Origin: an uncultured bacterium
GTDB taxonomy: Bacteria > Chlamydiota > Chlamydiia > Chlamydiales > SM23-39
Direction: 5' to 3'
Length of the DNA: 64,000 nucleotides
Assembly: GCA_963716985.1 (NCBI GenBank)
Contig: OY970323.1
Coordinates: forward strand, 1,664,001-1,728,000
The translations under genes and the position numbers were made by a program. Below, one piece after another: positions 8,462 through 17,848 of the stretch (position 1 is the stretch's first letter; every line of letters begins with the position of its first letter). Under the pieces are notes generated by a model that saw nothing but the letters and a program-made list of their open reading frames with translations, was not told the DNA's origin and made no database searches.

Positions 8462-9907
8462 ATGCGCATCGTCCATGTAGCGACCGAAATGGCCGCCATT
8501 GCAAAAGTGGGGGGCTTGGCCGATGTTTTGCATGGGCTTTCCACACAGCTCGTCCACGAGGGGCACGAGGTCACCGTGATCCTCCCCAAATATAAGGCAA
8601 TCCCCTACAAAGGCTTAAAAGCCCTCGAAGTTTTCAAAACATTTGAAAAGGGATCTCTTTATGAAAATTCGGTCTGGGAGGGACATTTAGGAAAAATCAA
8701 GCTTCTTTTCATCGAACCCCACCATCCCGCCGAGTATTTTGAGCGCGACGAGATCTATGGATACGAGGATGACCTTTTACGCTTCATCTATTTTAGCAAA
8801 TGCGCCGCCGACTATTTATCGCAAAAGAGCAAAGAGTTCGACCTCCTCCATTTGCATGACTGGCATCCTTCCCTAATCGCTCTTCTTGCACGCAACCACT
8901 TTCCTTCTTTAAAAACAGCGAAAATCATCCTCACCATACACAACATTGCCTATCAGGGAAAATGCCGGCCCATCGATCTGGATCATGTGGGGATTCAAGG
9001 GGGCAGCTATCTATCGTATGACAAACTCCAAGACCCAATTTCCCCTCATCTGCTCAACCTCCTCAAAGGCGCAATTGTTTATTCCGATCTCATCACAACC
9101 GTTTCTCCCACCTATGCCAAAGAAATTTTAGTTGAAGGACATGGGCTGGAAAAAACCCTTGCCTTCTACCAGAAAAAACTCCATGGCATTCTCAACGGCA
9201 TTGACACTTCCATCTGGAACCCCGAGGAGGATCGCTACCTTGCGGCTACCTATTCCTCTTCCGACTCTCTGAACAAAATCCTCAAAGCCAAAGAAAAAAA
9301 CAAGCGAGCGCTTCGTAAAGAGTTGCGCCTCAAAGAAGGCCCTATGCCCCTGGTTTCCAGCATTGGCAGGCTTGCTCCACAAAAAGGGCCCGAACTCATT
9401 CGAGATGCCCTTCTCCATACGCTCAAGCAGGGAGGGCAATTTGTCTTGCTCGGAGCTCCTACCAACCCCGAGATCCAAGAGGAGTTTTTCTCTCTCAGAG
9501 AAAAGCTCAAAGGCAACCCCAACGTCTCCTTCTGCTTTGATTTTAGCGAAAAGCTTTCCCACCTTCTCTATGGAGCTAGCGATTTTCTCGTCATTCCCTC
9601 CCGATTTGAGCCTTGCGGCCTTACCCAGATGATCGCCCATCGTTACGGCACCATCCCCATCGTTCGAAAAACGGGAGGTTTGGCCGATACGGTCTTTGAT
9701 GTACAGGAGGCGAAAATGCCCGAAGAAAGTAGAAATGGCTTTGTTTTTGAAGAATTTTCTCAAAATAAAATCCAACAAACCTTGGATCGCGCCCTTACGG
9801 CTCCCGATCGCTGGCAACATCTGGTGGGAAAGATCATGCTGCAAGATTATTCCTGGAAAACATCCTGCGGAAAATATCTAGAGCTTTACCGAAAGCTCAT
9901 GGGATAA
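8462..9907 (+). CDS. glgA: Glycogen synthase
   Basis: KVGGLADV, HLHDWH, TIHNIAYQG, GILNGID, PSRFEPCGLTQM, TGGLADTV. Confidence 0.97.
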   Translation: MRIVHVATEMAAIAKVGGLADVLHGLSTQLVHEGHEVTVILPKYKAIPYKGLKALEVFKTFEKGSLYENSVWEGHLGKIKLLFIEPHHPAEYFERDEIYGYEDDLLRFIYFSKCAADYLSQKSKEFDLLHLHDWHPSLIALLARNHFPSLKTAKIILTIHNIAYQGKCRPIDLDHVGIQGGSYLSYDKLQDPISPHLLNLLKGAIVYSDLITTVSPTYAKEILVEGHGLEKTLAFYQKKLHGILNGIDTSIWNPEEDRYLAATYSSSDSLNKILKAKEKNKRALRKELRLKEGPMPLVSSIGRLAPQKGPELIRDALLHTLKQGGQFVLLGAPTNPEIQEEFFSLREKLKGNPNVSFCFDFSEKLSHLLYGASDFLVIPSRFEPCGLTQMIAHRYGTIPIVRKTGGLADTVFDVQEAKMPEESRNGFVFEEFSQNKIQQTLDRALTAPDRWQHLVGKIMLQDYSWKTSCGKYLELYRKLMG

Positions 9908-10484
9908 ACACCTTTTTCAAATAGCTCCGATTTGCGTAAAGATAATCGAGCGCGGAAAAAACGCTATAGAAAGCAGCGACTGCCACGGCATAGAAGCTCC
10001 ATCTTCTCAAAGAGTCGAGAGAAAGGACATCCAGAGTAAACGCAACCATTGCAAAAACGATGAGAAAATTGACCCCTATCTGCAGGATCGTTTTGATCTT
10101 GCCGCTCTTCCTTGCGGCTAAGGCAAATCCCTTCAGAGCGCAGATGGTTCTGAGCGTGCTAATGATAAATTCCCGATAAATAAAAACAAATACAAGCAAA
10201 AGGGGAATCGAGACCCATCCTTGCGTAAACGTGAAGAAAATAATAATGTTAGTGATGCTATCGGCCATAGGATCGAGAACCTTGCCAAGGTCGCTCACCT
10301 CATTTCTTTTTCTTGCGATAAAACCATCCACAAGATCGCTCAGCGCACAGATCACCAAAATGATGAGCAGCACATAAGGCATCCAAAAACGGCTCACTCC
10401 CAGTTGTGCATATTCCAAATAAACCAAAGGAAAAAACGGGATGATGAGTATGCGCAAAAAAGTAAAATAATGAGCGATATACAT
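9897..10484 (-). CDS. pgsA: CDP-diacylglycerol--glycerol-3-phosphate 3-phosphatidyltransferase
   Basis: SDLVDGFIARKRNEVSDLGKVLDPMAD CDP-alcohol phosphotransferase motif, GKIKT. Confidence 0.93.
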   Translation of the reverse strand: MYIAHYFTFLRILIIPFFPLVYLEYAQLGVSRFWMPYVLLIILVICALSDLVDGFIARKRNEVSDLGKVLDPMADSITNIIIFFTFTQGWVSIPLLLVFVFIYREFIISTLRTICALKGFALAARKSGKIKTILQIGVNFLIVFAMVAFTLDVLSLDSLRRWSFYAVAVAAFYSVFSALDYLYANRSYLKKVFIP

Positions 10485-10877
10485 GAAACGACCTAAAAAT
10501 ACTCTTAAAGACAAGATTAATGGATCGAAAAAAATTTCACAAGGAGAAGCGTTTGGAAAAAAAACTTATTCTTCCGTTCGATCCATTTGCGAATAGAGAC
10601 GCTGCAAATAACTCTTCCGAGATTCTGTTTCATGAATGAATCGAACCCACTCTGCATTCGCAAGGATCCGCTGCCCCAAGCCTGCAACAACCAGCCCTCC
10701 GCCCATCCTCTTTTCTGAGGGCTCTCTTTGCACCCGGTTGAAAGAACTGTTAGAAATAGGACGTGGCATAGATTTTCTCCCAAAAATTCCCATTATTCTA
10801 AGCGAAAAAACCCAAATGCAGCAAGGAAGAAATTCTTGCCCTCTTCGATGACAAACTTTTCCGCAAAGACACTTACC

Positions 10878-11275
10878 TCAATGTTTGCAACCATAGCATC
10901 GATCGCCCGCATCTCCCCAAGGCCCGGGACAATATATCCTTTCTCATTGAGAACAGGATCGATGGCAGCCGCAAAAATTTGAATGTCGGGATCGAGCTCT
11001 ACAATTTTCTCGATTCCCTCTTTTGCCGCAATTGCCGAGACTAAAATAATTTTTTTAGGAGCCTGTTTTTTGATGACCCGGATCGCATTCAAAAAAGAGC
11101 CCCCCGTTGCCAGCATGGTATCTGCAATCACAACAACCTTACCCTTCACGTCGGGCATAGCCATGTAACTTGTTGTGGCGCACAGGGTTTCTTCATTTCG
11201 GCACATGGCAAAAAAACCCACTTCGGCATCGGGAAAAACTTTCTGCATGCCAAAAAGAAGGTCAAGCTCTTCGAA
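10878..11275 (-). pseudogene. upp: Uracil phosphoribosyltransferase remnant (5'-truncated, frameshifted)
   Basis: DTMLATGGS, AAIDPVLNEKGYIVPGLG. The conserved DAGDRCYG tail is in another frame (2 extra nt near 10915), and the N-terminal third including the ILRAG motif is missing. Confidence 0.8.
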
Positions 11276-12044
11276 AAAAAGCCTGTTTGACCGATTTACA
11301 CCACCAGTCAATGAGATGAAAATGATTTTGAAAAAAGAGCCAAAGAAAGGCTTTTAACAGGCCAAAATGGTGATAAAGAATACGCATCGTTTCCCATTCT
11401 ACTCCTAAGAATTCTTTCGCATACATCCTTCGGAAGACATAATCCACGAGAATCCGGGGAAGGAAAAGCACTTTTCTCTTCTTATTTTTCAAAAGGCGGC
11501 ACAAGAGTTCAAAATCTTCCCGATACAGATAATGCTTGTTAAATCCATGAACTTCTTCCAAAATGCTGCGCAAAAAAAAGATGGATTGAAGACGTGTGGG
11601 CATCATGCCTTTTTTTAAAAAATCCAATAAAAGCGGACGGCAGACAACCTCGCCGGCCTTTTCTTCTTCCCGAGCCAGATATCCGCTTGCGATCAGTTGG
11701 GGAAAATCATTTTCCTCGATCTTCTTTTTGAGCTCTAAAAGAACATGTTTGGAAAGAAGCACATCCCCCGGTAAAAGAAACTGGACATATCTTCCTCTTG
11801 CAAAACCAAGCCCCTTGTTCATCAAGCGCGCATGCTCGCGCACATAAGAAGGGTGAATTTTTACGATTTGCTCCATTGATCCCTTCAGCATCTCAAGATC
11901 GTTTTCGGAAAGGCCGTGTTCGATGAGTATGATCTCAAAATCTTGGCATGTCTGCTCGCGCAGGCTATCGAGCGTTACGGAAACAAGATGGTAAGAATCG
12001 GGAATGATCAGAACGACGGAAAAAAAAGGGGCTTCAATTTTCAT
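11262..12044 (-). CDS. Glycosyltransferase family 2 protein
   Basis: FSVVLI, TLDSLREQTCQDFEIILI, MNKGLGFARGRYVQFL..GD, GFNKHYLYREDFEL. Confidence 0.85.
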   Translation of the reverse strand: MKIEAPFFSVVLIIPDSYHLVSVTLDSLREQTCQDFEIILIEHGLSENDLEMLKGSMEQIVKIHPSYVREHARLMNKGLGFARGRYVQFLLPGDVLLSKHVLLELKKKIEENDFPQLIASGYLAREEEKAGEVVCRPLLLDFLKKGMMPTRLQSIFFLRSILEEVHGFNKHYLYREDFELLCRLLKNKKRKVLFLPRILVDYVFRRMYAKEFLGVEWETMRILYHHFGLLKAFLWLFFQNHFHLIDWWCKSVKQAFFRRA

Positions 12045-12233
12045 GCATTTCCTCTAAAAAAAAGAGGATAGATCTCTTTTCCTTTTCCGGTCAACCAGCT
12101 TTGAGAAGAAGAAATAAGGTTTGAGAAAAAACCCTCTCTTTTTTGATTTCTGCCCGAACACCGGAGGAAGAGGAAAAGCCTCATATAAGAAAAAAGCCAG
12201 TTGCGATAGACTAAGGCAAAAATCAAGGTCATT

Positions 12234-13628
12234 ATGGCTAAAATCGATTCCTTAAAGCCCATTGTAGCTCTTTGCAAAAGAAGGGGTTTTGTCTATCCCG
12301 GATCCGAAATCTACGGAGGCTTTGCCAACACTTATTCTTATGGCCCTTATGGAGCCGAGCTCAAGAAGAACATCAAAGACCTCTGGTGGCAAACTTTTAT
12401 TCATGAACGAGAAGACATGGTCGGCATTGACGGGCCCATTCTTTTGCACCCTCTTGCCTGGAAAGCTTCCGGCCATTTGGAAGGGTTTAACGATGCTCTG
12501 ATCGACTGCAAGGAGTGCAAAAGCAGATTTCGCGTGGATCATCTCATTGAAGATGCCCTCCACCAAGAAGTGGCAGGAATGTCCTTGGGAGACATGACGC
12601 TTTTGATTAGGGAAAAACAGATCCCCTGTCCCAAATGCGGATCAAAAAACTTTACCGACGCCAGGTATTTCAACCTCATGTTCCAAACCCCCATGAGCAA
12701 AACGGGGGGAGAAGAAGTTGCCTACCTCCGCCCTGAAACGGCGCAGGCCATCTTTTTAGATTACAAAAACGTGATCGATACCATGCGCGTGAAAATCCCC
12801 TTTGGGATCGGTCAAATCGGAAAAGCCTTCCGTAATGAAATCACCCCGGGAAATTTCATCTTCCGCGTGATCGAATTCGAACAAATGGAAATCGAATATT
12901 TCATCGAAGAAAAAGAGTGGAAAAAAACCTTCGAAGAGTGGCTTGCCGCTATGCACAATTGGTGCAAACTCATTGGACTCGACCCGCAAAAAGTCCATGA
13001 AAAAGAACATGGCAAGGAAGAGCTCTCCCACTATTCCAAGAGAACCGTGGATCTGGTCTATGATTTTCCCTTCGGAAGAAGCGAACTTTATGGCCTTGCC
13101 TATCGCACAGACTTTGATCTGAAGCGCCATAGCGAATTTTCCAAGGTCCCTCTTGAATATGTAAATCTCGAAACTAAACAGCGCTTCATTCCTCACGTTG
13201 TGGAACCTACCTTTGGCGTCGATCGCACCATTTTGGCGCTCCTCTGCAACGCCTATGAAGAAGAAACACTGGAAAATGGCGAGATGCGCTCCGTTCTGCA
13301 TTTTTCTCCTAGAATCGCTCCCGTAAAATGCGGTATTTTCCCGCTCATGAAAAAAGAGCCTCTCGTGGAAAAAGCAAGAGAGATTTATCGAACGCTCAAA
13401 AAACATTGGAATGTGGAGTATGATGAGGGTGGTGCGATTGGCAGAAGATATCGCCGCCAAGACGAGCTGGGCACTCCCTATTGTATCACCGTAGATTTTG
13501 TAACATTAGAAGATCAAACGGTGACCCTACGGGACCGAGACACCCTCAAACAAAAACGCGTTCCTATTCAGGAAATTGTCTCGTTTCTTAGAGAGCACTT
13601 GAATCTTGATTCACTCTCAAAGCTGTAA
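12234..13628 (+). CDS. glyQS: Glycine--tRNA ligase, homodimeric (alpha2) type
   Basis: KRRGFVYPGSEIYGG, YLRPETAQ, IGKAFRNEITPGNFIFR..EFEQMEIE, SHYSKRT, IGRRYRRQDE.GTP. Confidence 0.96.
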   Translation: MAKIDSLKPIVALCKRRGFVYPGSEIYGGFANTYSYGPYGAELKKNIKDLWWQTFIHEREDMVGIDGPILLHPLAWKASGHLEGFNDALIDCKECKSRFRVDHLIEDALHQEVAGMSLGDMTLLIREKQIPCPKCGSKNFTDARYFNLMFQTPMSKTGGEEVAYLRPETAQAIFLDYKNVIDTMRVKIPFGIGQIGKAFRNEITPGNFIFRVIEFEQMEIEYFIEEKEWKKTFEEWLAAMHNWCKLIGLDPQKVHEKEHGKEELSHYSKRTVDLVYDFPFGRSELYGLAYRTDFDLKRHSEFSKVPLEYVNLETKQRFIPHVVEPTFGVDRTILALLCNAYEEETLENGEMRSVLHFSPRIAPVKCGIFPLMKKEPLVEKAREIYRTLKKHWNVEYDEGGAIGRRYRRQDELGTPYCITVDFVTLEDQTVTLRDRDTLKQKRVPIQEIVSFLREHLNLDSLSKL

Positions 13629-13631
13629 TAG

Positions 13632-13669
13632 GAGAAGACAGGGTGTCCATTCGGATGTCCTGTCTTCTC
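13632..13669 (+). terminator. Strong hairpin downstream of glyQS
   Basis: GAGAAGACAGG...CCTGTCTTCTC 11-bp perfect outer stem between convergent genes; no clear U-tract. Confidence 0.5.
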
Positions 13670-13778
13670 GCACCACTTTAATAGAAACTTTACGGAAAAC
13701 GGGAACCGGTGTGAGAATGATGAAAATGGCCCTTCCGGCGACGGCACCCATGACTCCAAAGTCACTCCTAAAGATCGC

Positions 13779-14906
13779 TTAAGTCACATATTCAAGGTAA
13801 TTGTCAGGCGTGATTACTTGAAAAGCTGCATTTGAATAATTCTCTGTCCAAACAGAGGGCGCTTTATTTTTTTTCTTCGGAGACCATTTGACTTCGAAAG
13901 CTGACAATTGATTCTCTATCTCTTCAATAAAATCAATTTCTTGTCCGTCATAGGTTCTCCAAAAATATCGATTTCCATAAAATCTTGTATAAGAATTTTT
14001 TTTTAGCCTTTCGATAAAGATGAAATTTTCCCATAACCGGCCTACATCATCTCTCATTTCTAGTTGGTTAAATTGAGCCAATACCGCGTTGCGAATTCCT
14101 AGGTCAAAAAAGTAATATTTGTGTTTACTTGTGATTTCCTTTCTCAGATTGCGGCTAAAACCACTTAACTTGCAAATAACGAAGGATTTTTCTAATAAAT
14201 CTAAATATTTGCCTACGGTTTTAACATCAATATGCAGCTGCGTAGCAAGTTCGTTATGAGAAACTAGCTGCCCAATTTGGAAAGCCAGCAATTTAATAAG
14301 ATTCAAGAGGACTTCGGATTTTTTGATTTTCTCAAGAGCCAGAACATCCTTAAGCAAATATGAATCGACAAGCTCGTTTAAAATGCTAATCTTTTCCTCT
14401 CGTTTTTTTTCCATCATCACTTTGGGGTATCCGCCGAAAAGCAAAAACTCTTCCAGGTTTTCCTTTAATTCATAGGGATTATAGATTTTTAATAGTTCCA
14501 GTTGAGCAAGTGGATAAAGAGTGAGCGTTGTCTTCCGCCCGGTTAATGGTTCTCCAACTGCTTGAGACAGATCAAATGAAGAAGATCCCGTTGCAATGAT
14601 CGATAAATTGGGTACCCGGTCGACAAGAATTTTTAGAGCCATTCCTATGTTGGGTATCTGCTGTGCCTCGTCAATTGCGATGAGATCGTATCCGGCCGCG
14701 TATGCCAGAATTTTTTCAAAATCTTGCGACCCTAGAAGATTTTGCGTACGGATGTTATCGCCGGAATCCAGCTTATATTTCAGATTTGTTTGACTCAAAA
14801 AGTGTTCCAAAAGAGTGGTTTTCCCGACTTGCCTAGGACCGTAAATGATGAGCACCTGGTTAGTTTTAATAAACTCTCCTAGGTTTTCATAGTATCTAGG
14901 CAGCAT
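13779..14906 (-). CDS. AAA+ ATPase (AAA_14 / DUF4143 family)
   Basis: GPRQVGKTT Walker A, IDEAQ Walker B, TGSSSF, LTGR, GGYP, YFFDLG, LWEN, YFWRT..GQEIDFI...EVK. Confidence 0.9.
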   Translation of the reverse strand: MLPRYYENLGEFIKTNQVLIIYGPRQVGKTTLLEHFLSQTNLKYKLDSGDNIRTQNLLGSQDFEKILAYAAGYDLIAIDEAQQIPNIGMALKILVDRVPNLSIIATGSSSFDLSQAVGEPLTGRKTTLTLYPLAQLELLKIYNPYELKENLEEFLLFGGYPKVMMEKKREEKISILNELVDSYLLKDVLALEKIKKSEVLLNLIKLLAFQIGQLVSHNELATQLHIDVKTVGKYLDLLEKSFVICKLSGFSRNLRKEITSKHKYYFFDLGIRNAVLAQFNQLEMRDDVGRLWENFIFIERLKKNSYTRFYGNRYFWRTYDGQEIDFIEEIENQLSAFEVKWSPKKKNKAPSVWTENYSNAAFQVITPDNYLEYVT

Positions 14907-14940
14907 AACAAACACCCCTGTAAATTTTATTCTCTCAAAA

Positions 14941-15027
14941 ATCCATAATTTAGTCAAAAAATTTGGATCTGCAATCCCAATTTTAGTCTAAAAATTGGGA
15001 ATGTTGATCCATAATTTCTGATCAAAA
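14941..15027. repeat. Three imperfect palindromic units with 33-bp period
   Basis: Units start at 14941 (ATCCATAATTTAGTCAAAAAATTTGGAT), 14974 (ATCCCAATTTTAGTCTAAAAATTGGGAA) and 15007 (ATCCATAATTT...). Confidence 0.7.
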
Positions 15028-15075
15028 TGACACATCTCATTGGAAATCAACTTGTTGCGAAATTTCTGCATTTTT

Positions 15076-15255
15076 AAACTGAGACAACGCTTACAAGGAT
15101 GTCAGGAATCCAGCAAAGGCTGGTAAACATCCTCAGTCTGCAGGATGAAGCTCCGACCACTGTTTTAGGGTGACAGCGTATCGCAAAAAAAATGACCCAA
15201 ACATAGTTATGAGAGGATGTTTTCATTTTTGTATTCCGTAACTAGGAAAGTCGGG
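15076..15255 (+). mobile_element. Isolated right-end fragment of the IS1634-family element, inverted relative to the full copy
   Basis: Near-identical reverse complement of about 15868-16045 (transposase 3' end plus TIR ...TAACTAGGAAAGTCGGG), followed by CTAG. Confidence 0.9.
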
Positions 15256-15368
15256 CTAGAACAGATAGCGCTGAAACTGTTGGATTTTTCTTTTAGAAAA
15301 TCAAATTCTTTTGAAAACATCTCAAGAAAAACTTATAAGAAAACTAAGAGAGTTGTTTTGGGGGGAAA

Positions 15369-15867
15369 ATGACAAGGCTTTTTATTTTTCTTATTTCTTA
15401 TTTGAGCTGTTGTGCACTCAATGCTGCGTCCGTTACTTGGACTGGGACTTCCAACGTCTATCTGAATGATCCTGCTAACTGGCTTCCGGACATCCCAGAT
15501 GCAACGACCGATGCTTACTTCGATACCACTTCTCCCATCAGGCATGATCTATCAATGACGGGTACCGGTAACACCGTATTTGCTCGCTCGGTCAATATTT
15601 CTGGATATGACTACACCTTCGCAATGTCTTTAGGCAATAAGTTATTTGTAGGGGCTAGAGGTGTTACCATTGCTTCTCCACACCTTGGAACTTTTTATGT
15701 AACTGGAACCGGTAATTATACTTTTGCTAACTGTTCTCTATCCACTGCGCAATTTTCAAGCTCTGGTGGGAATGGATCGATCGTATTGACCGACGTTTCT
15801 GGTGCAAATGCTCAGGTATCTTTGTCCGGTGGCCTGGCGTTGGCTGTTAATGGAAATGTTTCCCTAG
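15369..15867 (+). pseudogene. Autotransporter 5' part (signal peptide and start of passenger), interrupted by IS
   Basis: Signal-like MTRLFIFLISYLSCCALNA, then TWTG...NDPANW; rejoins 17849 in frame after removing the IS and one CTAG. Confidence 0.85.
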
Positions 15868-17844
15868 CCCGACTTTCCTAGTTACGAAATACAAAAATGA
15901 AAACATTCCCCCACAACTATGTTTGGGTCAATTTTTTTTGCGATACGCTGTCACCCTAAAACAGTTGAGCCTTATCTTGCAGCCTGAGGATGTTTACCAG
16001 CTTTTGCTGGATTCCTGACATCCTTGTAAGCGTTGTCTCTGTTTTATCTTTGGTTCCTTTGTGTTTGGCTAATTCGTAAGTATTTACAACCTCATTGATT
16101 CTTCCCAGCTCAGTCTCCAGCCGTTTGTATGATATATTGATTCCGGCTGCTGCAACTCTTCGCTGTAGCGTTTGCCGAAGAAGTAGCGCAATGGAACAGT
16201 ATAAGGCGTGCACCTTAATATGAGCGTCTATCCAGTGATAAAGCGGCCACCAGGTCCCGGTAGCGCGATCCTTGGTTTTCTTGAATATGCCTTCCACCAA
16301 GTATTGGCTGCGATAAGCTTTGATAATCCTATCTGTATCCCATTCGTGCCTTGTCGTTACGATAATAGTCTTACCAAGATAAGTATCCTCCAGCTTTGCG
16401 AGGGCCTCTCTATCAATATGATATTGCAAAAATGGCACTCCTGTCGTGTCATCTAACGTTACCTCAGTTACTATTACACGGGAAAGAAACTGTCTGTGCA
16501 GTTTGTCCTTGCACTGATTCTCGATACTGGTCTTGGTGGGCTTTTTTCCCTTCGTCACGAGGCCATTCCGCCGATCATTCAATTTCTTTTGCAACTCTTG
16601 CAGCCCATCTATAGCGTGCGTGATATCGTTTTGTAATGTTTTGCGCTGAGTATCAAATAATTCCGGATTGTAGGTGGTTATTGTGGTGAGAAGTATGCCG
16701 CTCACGCGCTTCTTCTTTCGTAGGGCTTTGTTTCCAAGAAGATCTTTGTCCTGACAGGGTCGCAATACTCCGCTACTGTTAGAGATAGCGGCTAACTCTG
16801 TGTGCTCGCCAAGCTTGACCGAACCTACAAAATGAAGCTTCGCCAATTTCAAGAGTTTAAAGTTGTCTTTCGAATTATTTCCCTTGTCAAAGATTATCGT
16901 TACTTCCGGCTTGCGTGACACTCCAAAGGTGATTTTCAGGAACTTGTCGAATCTACCAATAACATCCAGAAACTCCTTAGCGTCGTTCCGGTTACCCTCA
17001 TATACATCATAGTAAAGAGGTATTTGACCGTCGGCGGCGCAAAAGAGTGAATAGCTGACCTGGCGTAGATTGTCCTGGCCCTGCTTATTCTTGCCTCGCT
17101 TGGCAATAGAGCATCGTTCATTGAATGTGTCGATAAAAGTATAGTAGTTGGTGCCGTCATAAGAAATTGATGCCGGATCGATGTTTTCTCTGGTAATGAC
17201 ACCCTTAAGAATGGTCGTCCAGATCTGTAGGCATTCTTCGTGACCAAACCGTCGCATATGATCCCAGAATCTCTGAGAACAGAGGCTATCGGCAGAAGCT
17301 TGGGGAACATATCGCACAAGTGCAGTTTCACGGAACCACTGCCACATTGAATTTTTGCTGCTGGCCTGAATCGCTCTATTGAGTGCTGCAATGAGTATAT
17401 ACTGTCCAATCGTCAGTCCTTGTGATCGTTTCATGCAAATATTATCGATAATCGCAATGACCTCGGCCCGTCGAGCTTCAAGCCACAGAGCGGTTATAAT
17501 GCCCCACTGGAATACCTGTGCAAACAATGGCTTGCGTCCCGAGCCCTCCACCGCTCTTAGAATATCCTCTGCCTTCCCTAAATACTTTTGCCACACCCGA
17601 CGTGGCTTCCCATCAACTCTACGCCATTCGCAGGCGTAATAGTACTTATGACCATTTATTACCTTAGCTTCCACCTGAGCCATACGACTCCTATTCTTAT
17701 AGGATTTCTATTTTAGGGGGACACCATACTGGAAAGTCAAGGTAAAAAATTTAGGGTGACAATATTAGTCGCAAAAAAATGCCCTCAGATAATCCTGTAA
17801 GGGCAAATTAGGATGAATGAGTTTGTCTAACTAGGAAAGTCGGG
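15868..17844 (-). mobile_element. IS1634-family insertion sequence, complete
   Basis: Perfect 17-bp TIR CCCGACTTTCCTAGTTA, shared subterminal motif TAGGGTGACA..TCGCAAAAAAA, CTAG duplicated at 15864-15867 and 17845-17848. Confidence 0.92.
15956..17683 (-). CDS. IS1634-family DDE transposase
   Basis: YDGTNYYTF, RGKNKQ..LRQV, YEGNRND, IFDKGNNS, YRSQYLVEGIF, P.YHW...IKVH. Confidence 0.88.
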   Translation of the reverse strand: MAQVEAKVINGHKYYYACEWRRVDGKPRRVWQKYLGKAEDILRAVEGSGRKPLFAQVFQWGIITALWLEARRAEVIAIIDNICMKRSQGLTIGQYILIAALNRAIQASSKNSMWQWFRETALVRYVPQASADSLCSQRFWDHMRRFGHEECLQIWTTILKGVITRENIDPASISYDGTNYYTFIDTFNERCSIAKRGKNKQGQDNLRQVSYSLFCAADGQIPLYYDVYEGNRNDAKEFLDVIGRFDKFLKITFGVSRKPEVTIIFDKGNNSKDNFKLLKLAKLHFVGSVKLGEHTELAAISNSSGVLRPCQDKDLLGNKALRKKKRVSGILLTTITTYNPELFDTQRKTLQNDITHAIDGLQELQKKLNDRRNGLVTKGKKPTKTSIENQCKDKLHRQFLSRVIVTEVTLDDTTGVPFLQYHIDREALAKLEDTYLGKTIIVTTRHEWDTDRIIKAYRSQYLVEGIFKKTKDRATGTWWPLYHWIDAHIKVHALYCSIALLLRQTLQRRVAAAGINISYKRLETELGRINEVVNTYELAKHKGTKDKTETTLTRMSGIQQKLVNILRLQDKAQLF

Positions 17845-17848
17845 CTAG

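Noticed and set aside
10517..10851. Several overlapping 71-88 aa ORFs between pgsA and the upp remnant
   Set aside because: None has recognisable motifs, so I cannot choose or support one.
14941..15027. Possible mini-CRISPR array
   Set aside because: Units abut at a 33-bp period with no unique spacers, repeats are degenerate, and no cas genes are in the window.
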